Of a stretch of 64,000 nt of DNA, positions 20,574-31,308 are shown one piece after another. The notes beneath the pieces are model-generated. The model saw nothing but the letters and a program-made list of their open reading frames with translations, was not told where the DNA came from and did no database searches. The translations under genes and the position numbers were made by a program. Source of the DNA: a virus; IMG/VR virus record IMGVR_UViG_3300050343_000268, positions 1 through 64,000 of that record. One strand, written 5' to 3'. Every line of letters starts with the position of its first letter. Positions within the stretch are counted from its first letter, which is position 1.

Positions 20574-21032
20574 ATGGCTCAACGTATTACTCAATTACCT
20601 TACGAGGCAATCCCTGCCGCACAAGCAACCATGTCACGAGCATTGGTTGAACAAGGGAATGGAGCGATGGGGCTTCCAAATGTAGGTAGACCTAATAGTA
20701 CTGATGCTGGCGATTTCACAAACCTTGCAGCTAATCCTCAAGGAATGCGTAATATGCAACAGAAAAGTCAGGAATACCAGCAAAATGCAATCACTGGTGC
20801 ATCTGGATTGGCAGCGCAAAACTTAGGAATGGTCCGTAATGGCCTCACTGAACAAAGTCAAGCTGAATATAAAGCTCAAATAAATTTCAATAACTATAAA
20901 GCTAACGTGATACATGAGCGCATCCCAGGTGGAGGAGAAGCCGTTGCAGAAATGGCAAACCCAGATCTGTTGCCCAAGAGAATGGAAGACGTACAATTTT
21001 CACGTATGATGGGCCAAGAACGTTCTACATAA
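20574..21032 (+). CDS. Hypothetical protein
   Basis: 152-aa ORF; TAGAAT box at 20544. Confidence 0.6.
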   Translation: MAQRITQLPYEAIPAAQATMSRALVEQGNGAMGLPNVGRPNSTDAGDFTNLAANPQGMRNMQQKSQEYQQNAITGASGLAAQNLGMVRNGLTEQSQAEYKAQINFNNYKANVIHERIPGGGEAVAEMANPDLLPKRMEDVQFSRMMGQERST

Positions 21033-21085
21033 CTAATTAAATTTATAAGTTTACTACAATAAAGTATAAGTAGTAGGTTAGTCTT

Positions 21086-21376
21086 GTGGCTCAATTGCGG
21101 AAAGCTGGCGATGAGGTAACACCTGAGGTTTATCAAAACATTTGGAAACACCTTAAGTCAGATGGAGTGCCAGATCAAGCTGCCAATCAAATGGCTGCAG
21201 AAATGGTTACACATGATGACTTTGAAGGCTCAGTTGAAAAGTATCAGCAATACGAAGACATTTATAAGTCAAAAGGGTTTAATGAGCATGCTGCTCAAGC
21301 GATGGCAGTAGAGGCATTAGAAGGAAGAGAAGAGGAACCTTCAGAATCAATTAGGTTTGCAAGACTTCGCGGTTAA
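21086..21376 (+). CDS. Hypothetical protein with internal duplication
   Basis: KSDGVPDQAANQMAAE / KSKGFNEHAAQAMAVE repeat; N-terminal RKAG. Confidence 0.6.
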   Translation: MAQLRKAGDEVTPEVYQNIWKHLKSDGVPDQAANQMAAEMVTHDDFEGSVEKYQQYEDIYKSKGFNEHAAQAMAVEALEGREEEPSESIRFARLRG

Positions 21377-21430
21377 TGTTGACTTAGCTAGAATTTACAG
21401 CTATAGTTAATACATAGGAAAGCGAATTAT

Positions 21431-22372
21431 ATGTCAACAGCAAAGCAATCAGGAGACTCAGTACGTTCATATTTAAGAGATATTGGACGCATACCGCTCT
21501 TAGAGCATGCAGAAGAAATCCTTCTTGGACGCAAGGTCCAACGACTAATGGAGATCAAAGATCTTGAAAAAGAAATGGAAGTACAAAGTCAAGCTGATTT
21601 GGCTGGGATTCTTGGTATCACTACTCTTGAACTAAAACGTCAATTGAGGGAGGGTACTAAAGCGAAAGATAAGATGGTGACTGCAAACTTGCGTCTTGTT
21701 GTAAGTGTTGCCAAGAAGTATACTAAAAGGAATATGGAGCTTTTAGATATCATTCAAGAGGGAACAATTGGTTTAGTACGTGGTGTTGAAAAGTTTGACC
21801 CTAGCCGTGGCTATAAGTTTAGTACCTATGCTTATTGGTGGATCCGTCAAGGCATCACGCGGGCCATTGCGGAGAAATCGCGGGCAATACGCTTACCAAT
21901 TCACGTTACAGAAAACCTCAACAAGCTTAAGAAAGCTCAACGTGAGCTAAGCCAAATCAACGGTGAAATGCCATCCGTGTTCCAACTTGCTGATTACATG
22001 GAAATCACAGTAGATGAAATAAAGGATCTGATGTATAAGTCACAACAGCCCACATCACTAGAAATAAAGATTGGTGAAAATCGTGATACAGCTTTAATCG
22101 ATTTACTAGAAGACGAATCTCAACTACCAGACACTCTGCTAAATCGTCAATCAATAAAAGATAATATAAATGATGTGCTTTCTGAGCTGCCGGAGATGCA
22201 AGCAGCCGTGATCAAAATGAGATACGGAATTGGAACAGACATATTAGAACCCATGTCTATGACAGCAATTGGTCAAGTATTGAATATGAGCAGAGACAGG
22301 GTTAGGACAATCGAAAATAAAGCCTTGAAAACAATCCGTGAGTGCTCAAACGGACTTACTGACCATCTTTAA
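21431..22372 (+). CDS. rpoD: RNA polymerase sigma-70 factor, cyanobacterial group-2-like, lacking region 1.1
   Basis: DSVRSYLRDIGRIPLL (1.2), ANLRLVVSVAKKY, DIIQEGTIGL, FDPSRGYKFSTYAYWWIRQ, SRDRVRTIE (4.2). Confidence 0.95.
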   Translation: MSTAKQSGDSVRSYLRDIGRIPLLEHAEEILLGRKVQRLMEIKDLEKEMEVQSQADLAGILGITTLELKRQLREGTKAKDKMVTANLRLVVSVAKKYTKRNMELLDIIQEGTIGLVRGVEKFDPSRGYKFSTYAYWWIRQGITRAIAEKSRAIRLPIHVTENLNKLKKAQRELSQINGEMPSVFQLADYMEITVDEIKDLMYKSQQPTSLEIKIGENRDTALIDLLEDESQLPDTLLNRQSIKDNINDVLSELPEMQAAVIKMRYGIGTDILEPMSMTAIGQVLNMSRDRVRTIENKALKTIRECSNGLTDHL

Positions 22373-22397
22373 TACAATAAAGAAAATGGCAAGATAG

Positions 22398-23093
22398 TTG
22401 ATGGATGTCACTAAGGATATTGAAGCAAGACACATTGCTTATGGAGCAAGTGACTACACAGCAGCAGACGGCAATGCTGCATCAAAACAATTAAATTTCA
22501 GTATTGGTCCATCTATAACTCGCCCTGACAATCAAAATGTCAGTGTGATTCCACATACATTTAAATACGAAGGATCTGTAGGACTGTTTGGTTCAGAAAA
22601 CTACTTTACCAAAATTCAATTATCAATCGTAGGGGATATCGTCAAATCATGCTTTGAGGAAGAGTTTTGGAGCTGCGCTTCGCTACGACAGTCAAGTATA
22701 AGCATTGAAAACCAATTTGAAGAAGCAGAAATAGATTTCAACAGCTTTCCTGTTGTTAATCAATACGAGGAAGCTCTTGCAAATTCTGATAGGCTGCCAT
22801 ACCTGCCTGGTGGAAGAGGATTTTTAAGTATTGAAGTAACAAACTTAAAAACTAATAATGAATTTAAGGACAAAGACTTAGATATCCGCTTATACACCAG
22901 TGACAAAGAGGAACACGCATTTAACAAGATGTATGTTCAAGTCTACGATCATTTCTATATAGGATTTCATGCAAGAAATACTAGAGTCCTAGACTACAAC
23001 GTAGAGTGCACGATTGGTACTGAACTAAGATCATATGATTCAATCACTGATAAGTCACTAATCATGAAGAGACTTAAGTCAGGCAGTTTTTAG
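22398..23093 (+). CDS. Hypothetical protein
   Basis: 231-aa ORF; TACAAT box at 22373. Confidence 0.55.
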   Translation: MMDVTKDIEARHIAYGASDYTAADGNAASKQLNFSIGPSITRPDNQNVSVIPHTFKYEGSVGLFGSENYFTKIQLSIVGDIVKSCFEEEFWSCASLRQSSISIENQFEEAEIDFNSFPVVNQYEEALANSDRLPYLPGGRGFLSIEVTNLKTNNEFKDKDLDIRLYTSDKEEHAFNKMYVQVYDHFYIGFHARNTRVLDYNVECTIGTELRSYDSITDKSLIMKRLKSGSF

Positions 23094-23815
23094 GAATCTT
23101 CCTCTTCCTGTACCTCAACTTCAGGCTCTGGTGTGACTGTTACTACACGGAACCCTGAAATAGGACTGTCTTTCACAATCACATTATCAGTAGAAACAAC
23201 GCATGTAATACCAGCACTGCCAGAATCAACTTTAGCTATTACAGATGCTTGATCAGTTGGACCAACAAATTCTCCCTCTCCAGTCAAACTCCACGAATAA
23301 AATAAATCGGAAGCATTACCAGACACCATTGCGTTAAATGTTGAACGCTCACCAGCATCAACGGTCATCGGTCCAGTCACAGTTACTGTACCAATTTCGA
23401 CTACAACTGAAGGACGTTCTACTGCATTAACAGGAGTCACTGTCATGGTACGACCCCTGCTGATCTTAGGGAATACGTAGTGTTCAATGAGTTGATTGTC
23501 AAGCGTGAACAGAGCTCCCCTTGATACACCTTTGAAGTTACTAAAGGAGAAGTTAAAGGCACCATCATGATCAATGCGAACGCTTGAATAAGCGCTGGCT
23601 TCAACAGCAAGCAGTAAGCTTTGACCCGCTGAGGTTACTTTGAAAACTGCACAGGGCACTAACTGAACCTGCCCTGCATTGACGGCCCACCATTTTTTAA
23701 CAGTAGAGAAATTACCACGCTTCGGCAACTGAAGCTTAAGCTCAGAACCTTTATGATTTTTTACTTCCTTAAAACCCTTGAGCAAGAGACTATCGGCCAT
23801 CACAAATAATATCAA
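23090..23815 (-). CDS. Hypothetical protein with Ig/PKD-like C-terminal domain
   Basis: Beta-rich VTVTGP...FYSWSL...ITCVVS pattern. Confidence 0.55.
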   Translation of the reverse strand: MILFVMADSLLLKGFKEVKNHKGSELKLQLPKRGNFSTVKKWWAVNAGQVQLVPCAVFKVTSAGQSLLLAVEASAYSSVRIDHDGAFNFSFSNFKGVSRGALFTLDNQLIEHYVFPKISRGRTMTVTPVNAVERPSVVVEIGTVTVTGPMTVDAGERSTFNAMVSGNASDLFYSWSLTGEGEFVGPTDQASVIAKVDSGSAGITCVVSTDNVIVKDSPISGFRVVTVTPEPEVEVQEEEDS

Positions 23816-23852
23816 TTTATTCTATTTTAACCGTATCTAGATAATGAATGAT

Positions 23853-24188
23853 TCAAATATTAGTGGAGCTCTTGTGACGATAATCATCATTAATAGAAAG
23901 CCATTTAAGATTTTGAACATGATTATTCAATTTATTGTTATCAATATGAGTTAGTACACAGCACCCCTTGTGTCTACCCATAGGGGTAGGTGGGTTTCCA
24001 AGAAAAGCTAGAGCTACAAGAGTATGCACACAAACTTGCTTCTCACCTTTTTGCCCTAATCTCTGCTGAAGTACTAGTTTTCGATAACCATTTTTTGTAA
24101 TGTCGAAGTCACTTATAGCCGTCACGAGAACTATTTAGCATTCAAATCCAGGAGTTACCCACTCTTGTGTATCAACAAATTCGCTCAT
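23853..24188 (-). pseudogene. NUMOD4-like/HNH homing endonuclease, degraded or containing errors
   Basis: VHTLVALAFLG...HIDNNKLNNHVQNLKW; the upstream MSEFVDTQEWVTPGFE frame is interrupted. Confidence 0.7.
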
Positions 24189-24236
24189 AATTAATGTGGA
24201 TTGATGTGGCTAATGACTATTAGTTTGGAGTTTCCT

Positions 24237-25378
24237 ATGTGGATTGATAAGCTTCTTGGTGCAGAACTTTACCGTCCTCATCCTGCCTACATCATTGAGA
24301 TGGCAGTTGAGCCAGTGGTAGTACACGATTTTTCTAAGCAGCCCGGCCAGACCGTGCAGCTTGATCGTTACCGCTTCTGGGGTAAGCCTGGCACTAAGGA
24401 GTCCCGTGAGCGGACAGCCGATCAAACCCTCGGAACCGCATCAGCTCGCAACATCGTCAAGGACAAAGTACTTGGTCACCTCTGCGTGAGTACACCGGTC
24501 CTGCCGATACCCGCGACAGTGCACAGCCTTCTACCTTCAAGGTTGCACGTGAAACCCTGATCACTGCACAGCGTCTGCTGCTTGATACAGGTAACTTGAA
24601 TGTATTCCACCAGTCAATCGGTAGCTTGACGCTGCTTGATGACTACCGTCGTTGGCGTGACCGCGTCTTTGCAAACGAACTGCTTAAGGCTGAAGCCTGA
24701 AGGCAAGTCTTCGAAAGAGCAAGGCGGTTACTACCTTCCCGGTGGCAAAGCAAAAGATGCCACTGGCGGCACTCTTGGGTGTTACCTACGCAGCTGGCGA
24801 ATCTGCCAAGTTTGATATCACTACTGACCTTCTCGAAGTTGTTAAGGACATGCGTAAGCGCAATGTTCCCACCTTCGCAGATGGTTACTACCGCTGTATC
24901 GTTGACCCCACGGCAATGATGCACCTTCGTCAGAATTCTGACTTCCGCGAGATTGCTCGCTACCCCGGTACTGGGATGATTAATCCCATGTCCCCCAACC
25001 AGGCACCCAACGCTAATTTCTACCAAGGAATGGGTCCTGCTTACGGACAAGCCGGTTTTGTGGCTGGTCAGCCCGTAATGCCTACAGGCTTCCTCTTTGA
25101 GGGTGTCCGTTGGTTCGAGTCAACCAACCTTCCCGAAACCAATTACAACTTGGTTATTACTGATGAGAACGCAGCTGCTGCTGACTATGCAGCATCGCAG
25201 CTTGATCTTCTTCGGTCCTCAAGCCGTTGGCGTGGGTATCGGTGGTAATAACGCTCAGATTCTTCTGAACAACAATGATGACTTCTCACGATTCATCATC
25301 ATGATCTGGAGTCTGTTCGCCGGTTTTGAAACCTTGAATAAGGATTTCATCACGGTTGGTTACTCTTTCGTATATTGA
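24237..25378 (+). CDS. Major capsid protein (N4-gp56-like), split by several indels
   Basis: Fragments join into one ~375-aa protein (LLGAELYRPHPAY...QPGQTVQLDRYRF...FLFEGVRWFESTN...IFFGPQAVGVGIGG); GGAG RBS; codon bias of a highly expressed gene. Confidence 0.75.
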
Positions 25379-25394
25379 TAGGAGTTAACTAATC

Positions 25395-26037
25395 ATGACT
25401 GTAATTTTTCCAGGTAACTATGTAGCCCAACTGAACGCCTATCGCGATCAGGGTGTTGTGGCTATCCCCGGTGTTGAGTTTTATCGCGCTGTTGGCGCAC
25501 TGTAGTGCTTAACCCAGACAACGACAGCATGTACTGATGCCAGCGGTACGCTTGACAGCAGGAAGCTACACGCCTCAGATCTTGTCTCCTGACCTTCGTC
25601 AGGACGACAAGCCACGTAAGGATCGTCCTTTGACTATTCCTGCAAATGCTGTTGTATATCGCACAGCAATTTCAGCACCTGGTGTGAAAGAAGCAACTGT
25701 TGCCGGTAGCGGCACCATTGTTCTTGGAACACTTGGTTCTAATGCACCAACTAGTTCAACGCTTACTGCTGAAGCCGACGGCTTCTTCCCAGAAGCTGGA
25801 ACTTCATCCGCGCTTAACAGCATTGTTGATGGCACCGCTATCAGCACAAGTGCTGCTACTGCTGTGACTGTAACCACTGATGTGAGTTATATTCCTGAAG
25901 TCAAGCCTTCCCCTGGTGCTGGTCGTAAGTCACCTTCTGCCATTTTGGTTGAAGTGTGCTACTACATTCCCGCCCCTGCGCCTTCCTACGACGACGTAAG
26001 TATTCCTTACGCTGTTGAAGCTGGCCAAGGTTATTGA
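25395..26037 (+). CDS. Putative capsid decoration/minor capsid protein, with indels in the 5' part
   Basis: AGGAG RBS after the capsid stop; T/A/S-rich beta protein; terminator follows. Confidence 0.5.
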
Positions 26038-26058
26038 TTTATAATCAATAAGTAATTA

Positions 26059-26089
26059 AGAACGTCTTTTAAAGAGGCGTTCTTTTTTT
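26059..26089 (+). terminator. Intrinsic terminator
   Basis: AGAACGTCTT-TTAA-AGAGGCGTTCT plus T-run. Confidence 0.75.
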
Positions 26090-26124
26090 ATGCCTATAAT
26101 AAACAAGTGTAGTAAGTCATAGTA

Positions 26125-26552
26125 ATGAGTAACTTATTTCAGGACCAGAAAACAGGTAAGCTTGTTGAATTTATCAATAAGCATGACAAAGCATTTGCAA
26201 TGGTTCGAGATGCAGGAGGAAATATTACTTATGTCCTTGATCAGTTAGTTCCCTATGACCGGGAGAAAGGACGACTGGCAAAAGTCGCTGCACCACAAAT
26301 TGCACCTGAGCCTGAAGAAGAAATGCCCACACAGTAGTTCCTATTGAAGATACACGTTTGAATTTGAATACAGCACCTGCTGAACAGATTGCAAAACGTC
26401 TGCCTGGTGTTGGTTATGCAACAGCAAACGTATTGTTGAACTACGAATGTCATCTGAGTGGTGAGCGGTTTGCAAACCTCAAGCAACTAGAAAATATTCC
26501 ACGTGTGAATTGGGAACAGCTTGATTGAAGAAGACCTTATCTTCATTAGTTA
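26125..26552 (+). CDS. Helix-hairpin-helix DNA-binding protein, frameshifted
   Basis: Downstream frame reads RLNLNTAPAEQIAKRLPGVGYATA (ComEA-like HhH). Confidence 0.6.
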
Positions 26553-26582
26553 AAATATTAATAACAAAGGTGTAGATCAGTA

Positions 26583-26983
26583 ATGGACCCACGTATTGAA
26601 CAAGTGCTTCTAGCACAAGCAGCACAAGAAGCTGAACAGGGTCCACGCTTAGTGACATGGTTGCACTTGGGTTCTGGAACTGGTGCAGCACTGGGCGCAC
26701 TAACCGGTGCTGTGCCTCACATGCAGTTGGTAAAGGATTGGCCATCTGCGTGGAACTAACCAATGATGAAACCAGGTGCTCGTATGGCAGGTGGTCTAGT
26801 TGGTCTGCAATTGTTGGGGGAGGCTTAGGTGCAGCTGCTCAAATGCAAATGGCTAATCAAACGGACCTGCTGGTGCAATGCTTGCCAAGATTCAGGCACA
26901 AGGTGGAATGATGCCAGGCGATGAAGCAAGGCTAGGAAGCAGTCTTGCGTGATGCATATTCACAACAGGGGTTACTTGGCTGA
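26583..26983 (+). CDS. Glycine-zipper protein with multiple indels
   Basis: MDPRIEQVLLAQAAQE... and MKPGARMAGGLVG fragments. Confidence 0.4.
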
Positions 26984-27464
26984 TGGAATTAGATGATCTG
27001 CTGAAATCAAAAGCTCGATTCCATCATTGGAATCAATGCAGGTGCTCAAATCCCTGCTGGTGATAGAGCGCGTTTAGAAGAAGCAATGGCACTCATCCCA
27101 GATGAATTGGTACAATCAAATAGTTAATCACATTAGAAGATGTGATTCCGCTTGGAACAATAGTGAGTATTTTCCAGAAGACTCTGGAGGTTCTCCAAAT
27201 TACAGTAGGCTGGAGCAAATTGCAGGAGACGTGCAACGAACAATTGCAACGTCCGATCCCTTAAAGGGAGATGAGTATTTTCGAGAAATCTATTTACGAG
27301 AAGTAGATAGACTTGCTGAAACACTATATGTAGCAAACTATCGCAGGCCTGAAGTACGAAGATACTTATTTGAAAGAGCTGGATCTGAATTCATCATGTC
27401 TATTCCAGGACCTGCTGACACAGCAGTTGGGACAAGAATTATGCTAAATCTTATTTGGCGTTAA
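26983..27464 (+). CDS. Putative head-tail adaptor protein, with indels in the 5' part
   Basis: Position after the capsid genes; helical ~160-aa product. Confidence 0.45.
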
Positions 27465-27497
27465 CTGTAGAATAAATATAGGAATAATTAGACAATT

Positions 27498-27941
27498 ATG
27501 GCAACTCAAAAAATTACGATGGGTCGCGGTAGAGATACTGATTACCAGTCAAAACTGGCGGCAGCTACAGCACAAGCCGGTATGGGTGGTGATTACGTAT
27601 GGGGTCTACAAACTGGGATGCAGCAAGTTTATCAAAACGGAACAGGCACAGCTTCAAAAGCATCCCGTAGTCCAAAATACGGAAATGTGAACATCACTAC
27701 AGGTGATGCACTCGACGGTACATTTGGCAACTTTAAGCCAATGACCGACAGTGCTGGGAATCAAGTAACTGAGGAACCACGGAATCAAACTGGTTACCTT
27801 GAAGGTCAGTATTCAGCAACTGTTCAGCCACAGATTGATAGCGAAATTGCAGGACAACAGGCTGCAGAACGTATTCAGATGCTGGCTCAAGGACGCCAAT
27901 TCATGGGTCTAAACAATCGTCAACAAATGTACCAGGCATAA
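27498..27941 (+). CDS. Hypothetical virion protein
   Basis: 147-aa ORF; TAGAAT box at 27468. Confidence 0.55.
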   Translation: MATQKITMGRGRDTDYQSKLAAATAQAGMGGDYVWGLQTGMQQVYQNGTGTASKASRSPKYGNVNITTGDALDGTFGNFKPMTDSAGNQVTEEPRNQTGYLEGQYSATVQPQIDSEIAGQQAAERIQMLAQGRQFMGLNNRQQMYQA

Positions 27942-27942
27942 A

Positions 27943-28668
27943 ATGGCTAATTCAAAGAAACTTGCAAACAGATTAAAGGCGGGGGATAGAGACCCTAACC
28001 AAAGGACAGTGTCCACAGATACAACAAGTGGAATTCCTACTGATCTAAATCAACCACTGCCTGGTCAGCCACAAGGGCCAGGCAACATGTTAGGCAACCC
28101 CCTTAATTACCGCTCGGCAGGATCTGGTGTACAACCACAAAGGAGCATAGATCCAAATGCCACACACTCTCCTTACGGTGATCCAGTCTTTGACAATGAA
28201 CAACTAAAACAAGTAGGAGCAGTTGGCTTTGCCACTAATAGTGGAAAAAATGGAAATCAGGTGCCTGGCCAAAGATTAAATGCAATGGATTACGGCGCAG
28301 CAATCCAACCCAAAGAAGGCGAAAGTATGGATATGCTTTATGGTTATTATGCAGGAAGTTCTGCAAACAAGACAGCTGAAAGTGCGTACGCAAGAACTGG
28401 TGATGTAACGCCTTCTTATGCAATTGGTTTCATGGGACCAATGGGTATTGCTGCAGATTCAAATGCCAAAGGTGCTCTAAATCGTGGGCAAATGCCATCA
28501 CAAATGATGATGCAAAGTCCACAGTCATTGCCCTTACAAGGTGTAAATACAACTCAAAGCTTGAATGGCTCTGGACCAGAAGTGATGGGTCCTGGAAACA
28601 CTGGAAGCTTAGGCATGAACACAGGCCCAGGTGGTGGCCGCAACAAAAGACCAAATCAATCAGCATAA
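27943..28668 (+). CDS. Low-complexity G/P/Q/N-rich protein
   Basis: 241-aa ORF. Confidence 0.55.
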   Translation: MANSKKLANRLKAGDRDPNQRTVSTDTTSGIPTDLNQPLPGQPQGPGNMLGNPLNYRSAGSGVQPQRSIDPNATHSPYGDPVFDNEQLKQVGAVGFATNSGKNGNQVPGQRLNAMDYGAAIQPKEGESMDMLYGYYAGSSANKTAESAYARTGDVTPSYAIGFMGPMGIAADSNAKGALNRGQMPSQMMMQSPQSLPLQGVNTTQSLNGSGPEVMGPGNTGSLGMNTGPGGGRNKRPNQSA

Positions 28669-28679
28669 GGTAAATAACA

Positions 28680-29198
28680 ATGGCATCAACCTCAACTAAC
28701 AAACAACCGCTTCTAGTCGATCGCGTACTACACGAAGTAATTGACCTTGCAGGTGCTACTGTCGCACAAAATGCAGGCGTTGATATTGCTGGTACGAACA
28801 ACGCTTCAATTGTTGTTGATAGCACAACCCAAGACGGTTGCATTATCGAAGACATCTATGCAATCGCTCGTACAATTTCTACAGGCTACAAAATCAATCT
28901 GTATCTAAGTTCTGCATCTGATTACTTGCGACAACAGCAAGCTATCTTTGTGGCAACATTGACATCTGGAACAACAACAGGTGATAGAACTCATATCACT
29001 TTGTTGCCGTATATTTTGGCTCCCGTACCACAAGGTGGGAATGTAGGGACTGAACTAGCTAACACGCATTTCCAGTACCGCTACAGAGCACTGTATGTAC
29101 CAAAAGGAAAAGCACTATGGGCTGCGGTAGAACAGCAATCGTCCGGTGACCAGGCTGCTGCTGCACCTCTACTGGGGGTTCAAGGTGGTTGGTATTAA
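28680..29198 (+). CDS. Putative tail/structural protein
   Basis: Beta-rich 172 aa ending in GVQGGWY. Confidence 0.5.
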   Translation: MASTSTNKQPLLVDRVLHEVIDLAGATVAQNAGVDIAGTNNASIVVDSTTQDGCIIEDIYAIARTISTGYKINLYLSSASDYLRQQQAIFVATLTSGTTTGDRTHITLLPYILAPVPQGGNVGTELANTHFQYRYRALYVPKGKALWAAVEQQSSGDQAAAAPLLGVQGGWY

Positions 29199-30985
29199 TG
29201 CCAAGAAAGCAAAACGGCTTTGGTAATGCAAAGTCGTTTGGATTAAAACCATTTAAGTCAACTGAAAAAAGTACTAGAACTGGTAAAGGTGGAGGCCCTG
29301 CTCCTTCAGACAGAAGGTTCGGAAGCACAGTTCATAAATCTATAATTGACAAATATAATATTAATTCTGATTGGGTGAAATGGCGAAAGGGATTTGAGTA
29401 TTACAACCAGATGGCATGGTATGAATTAGATACCTTTGATCCTATAACAGAAAATTATACAAGGACAGAATTATTCTCAAAACTGTACCAAGGTACTGAT
29501 GATGAACTGTCAGTAAAATTTGAAGGATATAAGTTTTCAACACAGAACTCAGACAGCAACAATCACTATGTAATGAAAAGAATCCCAATATCAAATGCAG
29601 ATATTGGAAGAATAACTACAGTAAAGAATGATCCTTTTGTAGACTTAAACAATAAATTGAACAATGAAGTCTGGTGCACTTTTAGTAATGGTCCAAACTA
29701 TTCGATGTTGCTACAGATGCTAGGAGAAAGGATAGATGACGGAGAAACTGAAGCCACAATATCCTACGTATTAAATTCAAGCTCGTATCCAGCGATATAT
29801 AACGGCAAGTCAGAAGAATTAAGCACAACTGTTGAAGTCACAATAGATATACCAGATTTGGATTACGCTACGGGTGTAGATCCAATAACTAATTACAGCG
29901 ACTTAGTTGATCAGATAGTATTCGTACCTGGCTTTTTTGTAAATAAGAACAAAACAGATATAGACAATCTAGAATTTAATGATGACATCGAAAGTTTCAC
30001 TGTTGATTTAACCGACAGCGCATCAGGGCAAACCATAGAAATATTGAACAGAGATGATTTCGAACTCCCGCCATCACTGTTTGACATAAGTCAATTAAAC
30101 AGCAGTGTAAGTACTACTAACGGTACTTACGAAGTAAAAGGTAAATTTAGTTTTGACAAAAACAGTTACCAAAGATTTTTTGGAAGAAAATATTTAACCG
30201 CAGGATTAGTAGACAGCAATACGAATAAGGCGTCTTACGCAATTATGCCATTCAGCATTCTAGGAGTAGAAGTGATTAACAACAAACTAATATTAAAATC
30301 TGTGCCAGCAAGAACAGAACTAAAACTTACATCAGATCCGGCGAATGGAACGATAATTTTCTCAGACAATAGCTTTACGAAAACATCGATAGATTCATAT
30401 GACGGTGAATACTATCATAATGATGAATTGAATGCTGATCAATGGAAACTATTTGACACCGATATAGATCCATGGATGGACGAAGTTTTTACATCAGGAA
30501 ATGCGTTAAAGCCATCAACGTTGTTTTCATGTAGTTGCCCAAATTATTCGAAGTCATTGCTAAGTGCACCGCAGTCAACTCAAAATGCAAGTGAGAGAAA
30601 AGTGAACAGGCAACAAAGGTATCCATTGCCTAGTGCTATGAGCCCAACTGATTATGAAATGCATGGTCGAAGCCAAGTGGCGGGAAAGATCACCAGTTGG
30701 GAACGGAGTAAGGACAAATTGCGATTCAAAATGTGCAAGCATACAATAGCTGCAAGATTTATTGAACATATCAAAACCAAAGAACCAAATGAATATCCTA
30801 CTGTTGAAATAAGAGAGAACTTTGATGAGAAACTAACAAAGGAAATCAAGGAGGTCGCCGACCGCTTTGTTAGTTCCTACAAACGAGGTGGCATAACTAC
30901 CTTAGAATTAATATTTGCATTAGGACAAGGATTAAATCTAGATGATGTTGAAATTGCATACGTATTATTTGGGACAAAGTTCTAA
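29189..30985 (+). CDS. Large protein with C-terminal SWIM-like zinc finger
   Basis: CSCP...MCKH motif with a long insertion. Confidence 0.6.
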   Translation: MVLMPRKQNGFGNAKSFGLKPFKSTEKSTRTGKGGGPAPSDRRFGSTVHKSIIDKYNINSDWVKWRKGFEYYNQMAWYELDTFDPITENYTRTELFSKLYQGTDDELSVKFEGYKFSTQNSDSNNHYVMKRIPISNADIGRITTVKNDPFVDLNNKLNNEVWCTFSNGPNYSMLLQMLGERIDDGETEATISYVLNSSSYPAIYNGKSEELSTTVEVTIDIPDLDYATGVDPITNYSDLVDQIVFVPGFFVNKNKTDIDNLEFNDDIESFTVDLTDSASGQTIEILNRDDFELPPSLFDISQLNSSVSTTNGTYEVKGKFSFDKNSYQRFFGRKYLTAGLVDSNTNKASYAIMPFSILGVEVINNKLILKSVPARTELKLTSDPANGTIIFSDNSFTKTSIDSYDGEYYHNDELNADQWKLFDTDIDPWMDEVFTSGNALKPSTLFSCSCPNYSKSLLSAPQSTQNASERKVNRQQRYPLPSAMSPTDYEMHGRSQVAGKITSWERSKDKLRFKMCKHTIAARFIEHIKTKEPNEYPTVEIRENFDEKLTKEIKEVADRFVSSYKRGGITTLELIFALGQGLNLDDVEIAYVLFGTKF

Positions 30986-31031
30986 TTAGTAACAGATAAG
31001 GGTAAAATAAAGAGAACTGACTGATAAGAAC

Positions 31032-31247
31032 GTGTTTAAAGAATCTGACTTCCAACTACCTTTAGAAAAAGAATTGAGGCTACAGGTAATTAAAACAGAA
31101 ATAGAACAATGTAATGATACAGAAGCTCTAAAAGAACAACTAAGTTCCTGTGCTGACGCATTGATGAGATATCAGCATCTGCTGGGAAAGGCAGTTGAAA
31201 TGAATTTAATGGGATTGATTGATCTTATAGAGAGTGAAAATAGCTAG
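31032..31247 (+). CDS. NblA-like small helical protein
   Basis: LPLEKELRLQVIKTEIEQC...ALKEQL...LMRYQ resembles the NblA L-S/T-L-E-Q two-helix pattern. Confidence 0.4.
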   Translation: MFKESDFQLPLEKELRLQVIKTEIEQCNDTEALKEQLSSCADALMRYQHLLGKAVEMNLMGLIDLIESENS

Positions 31248-31308
31248 AAGAGAAGTATAGCAAGTTAAACTAGAAAGAGGGTTACTATTCCGGTAAAGGT
31301 TTAATAAA

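Noticed and set aside
24194-24248. Tandem ATGTGGATTGAT repeat at the capsid start, as a target-site duplication or alternative start
   Set aside because: Lies in the error-rich stretch next to a garbled HNH gene; cannot be separated from an assembly artefact without reads.
24000-27110. Many frameshifts in capsid, decoration, HhH and adaptor genes as recoding or pseudogenes
   Set aside because: Dense, irregular indels in essential genes without slippery motifs or stimulators; best explained as consensus errors.
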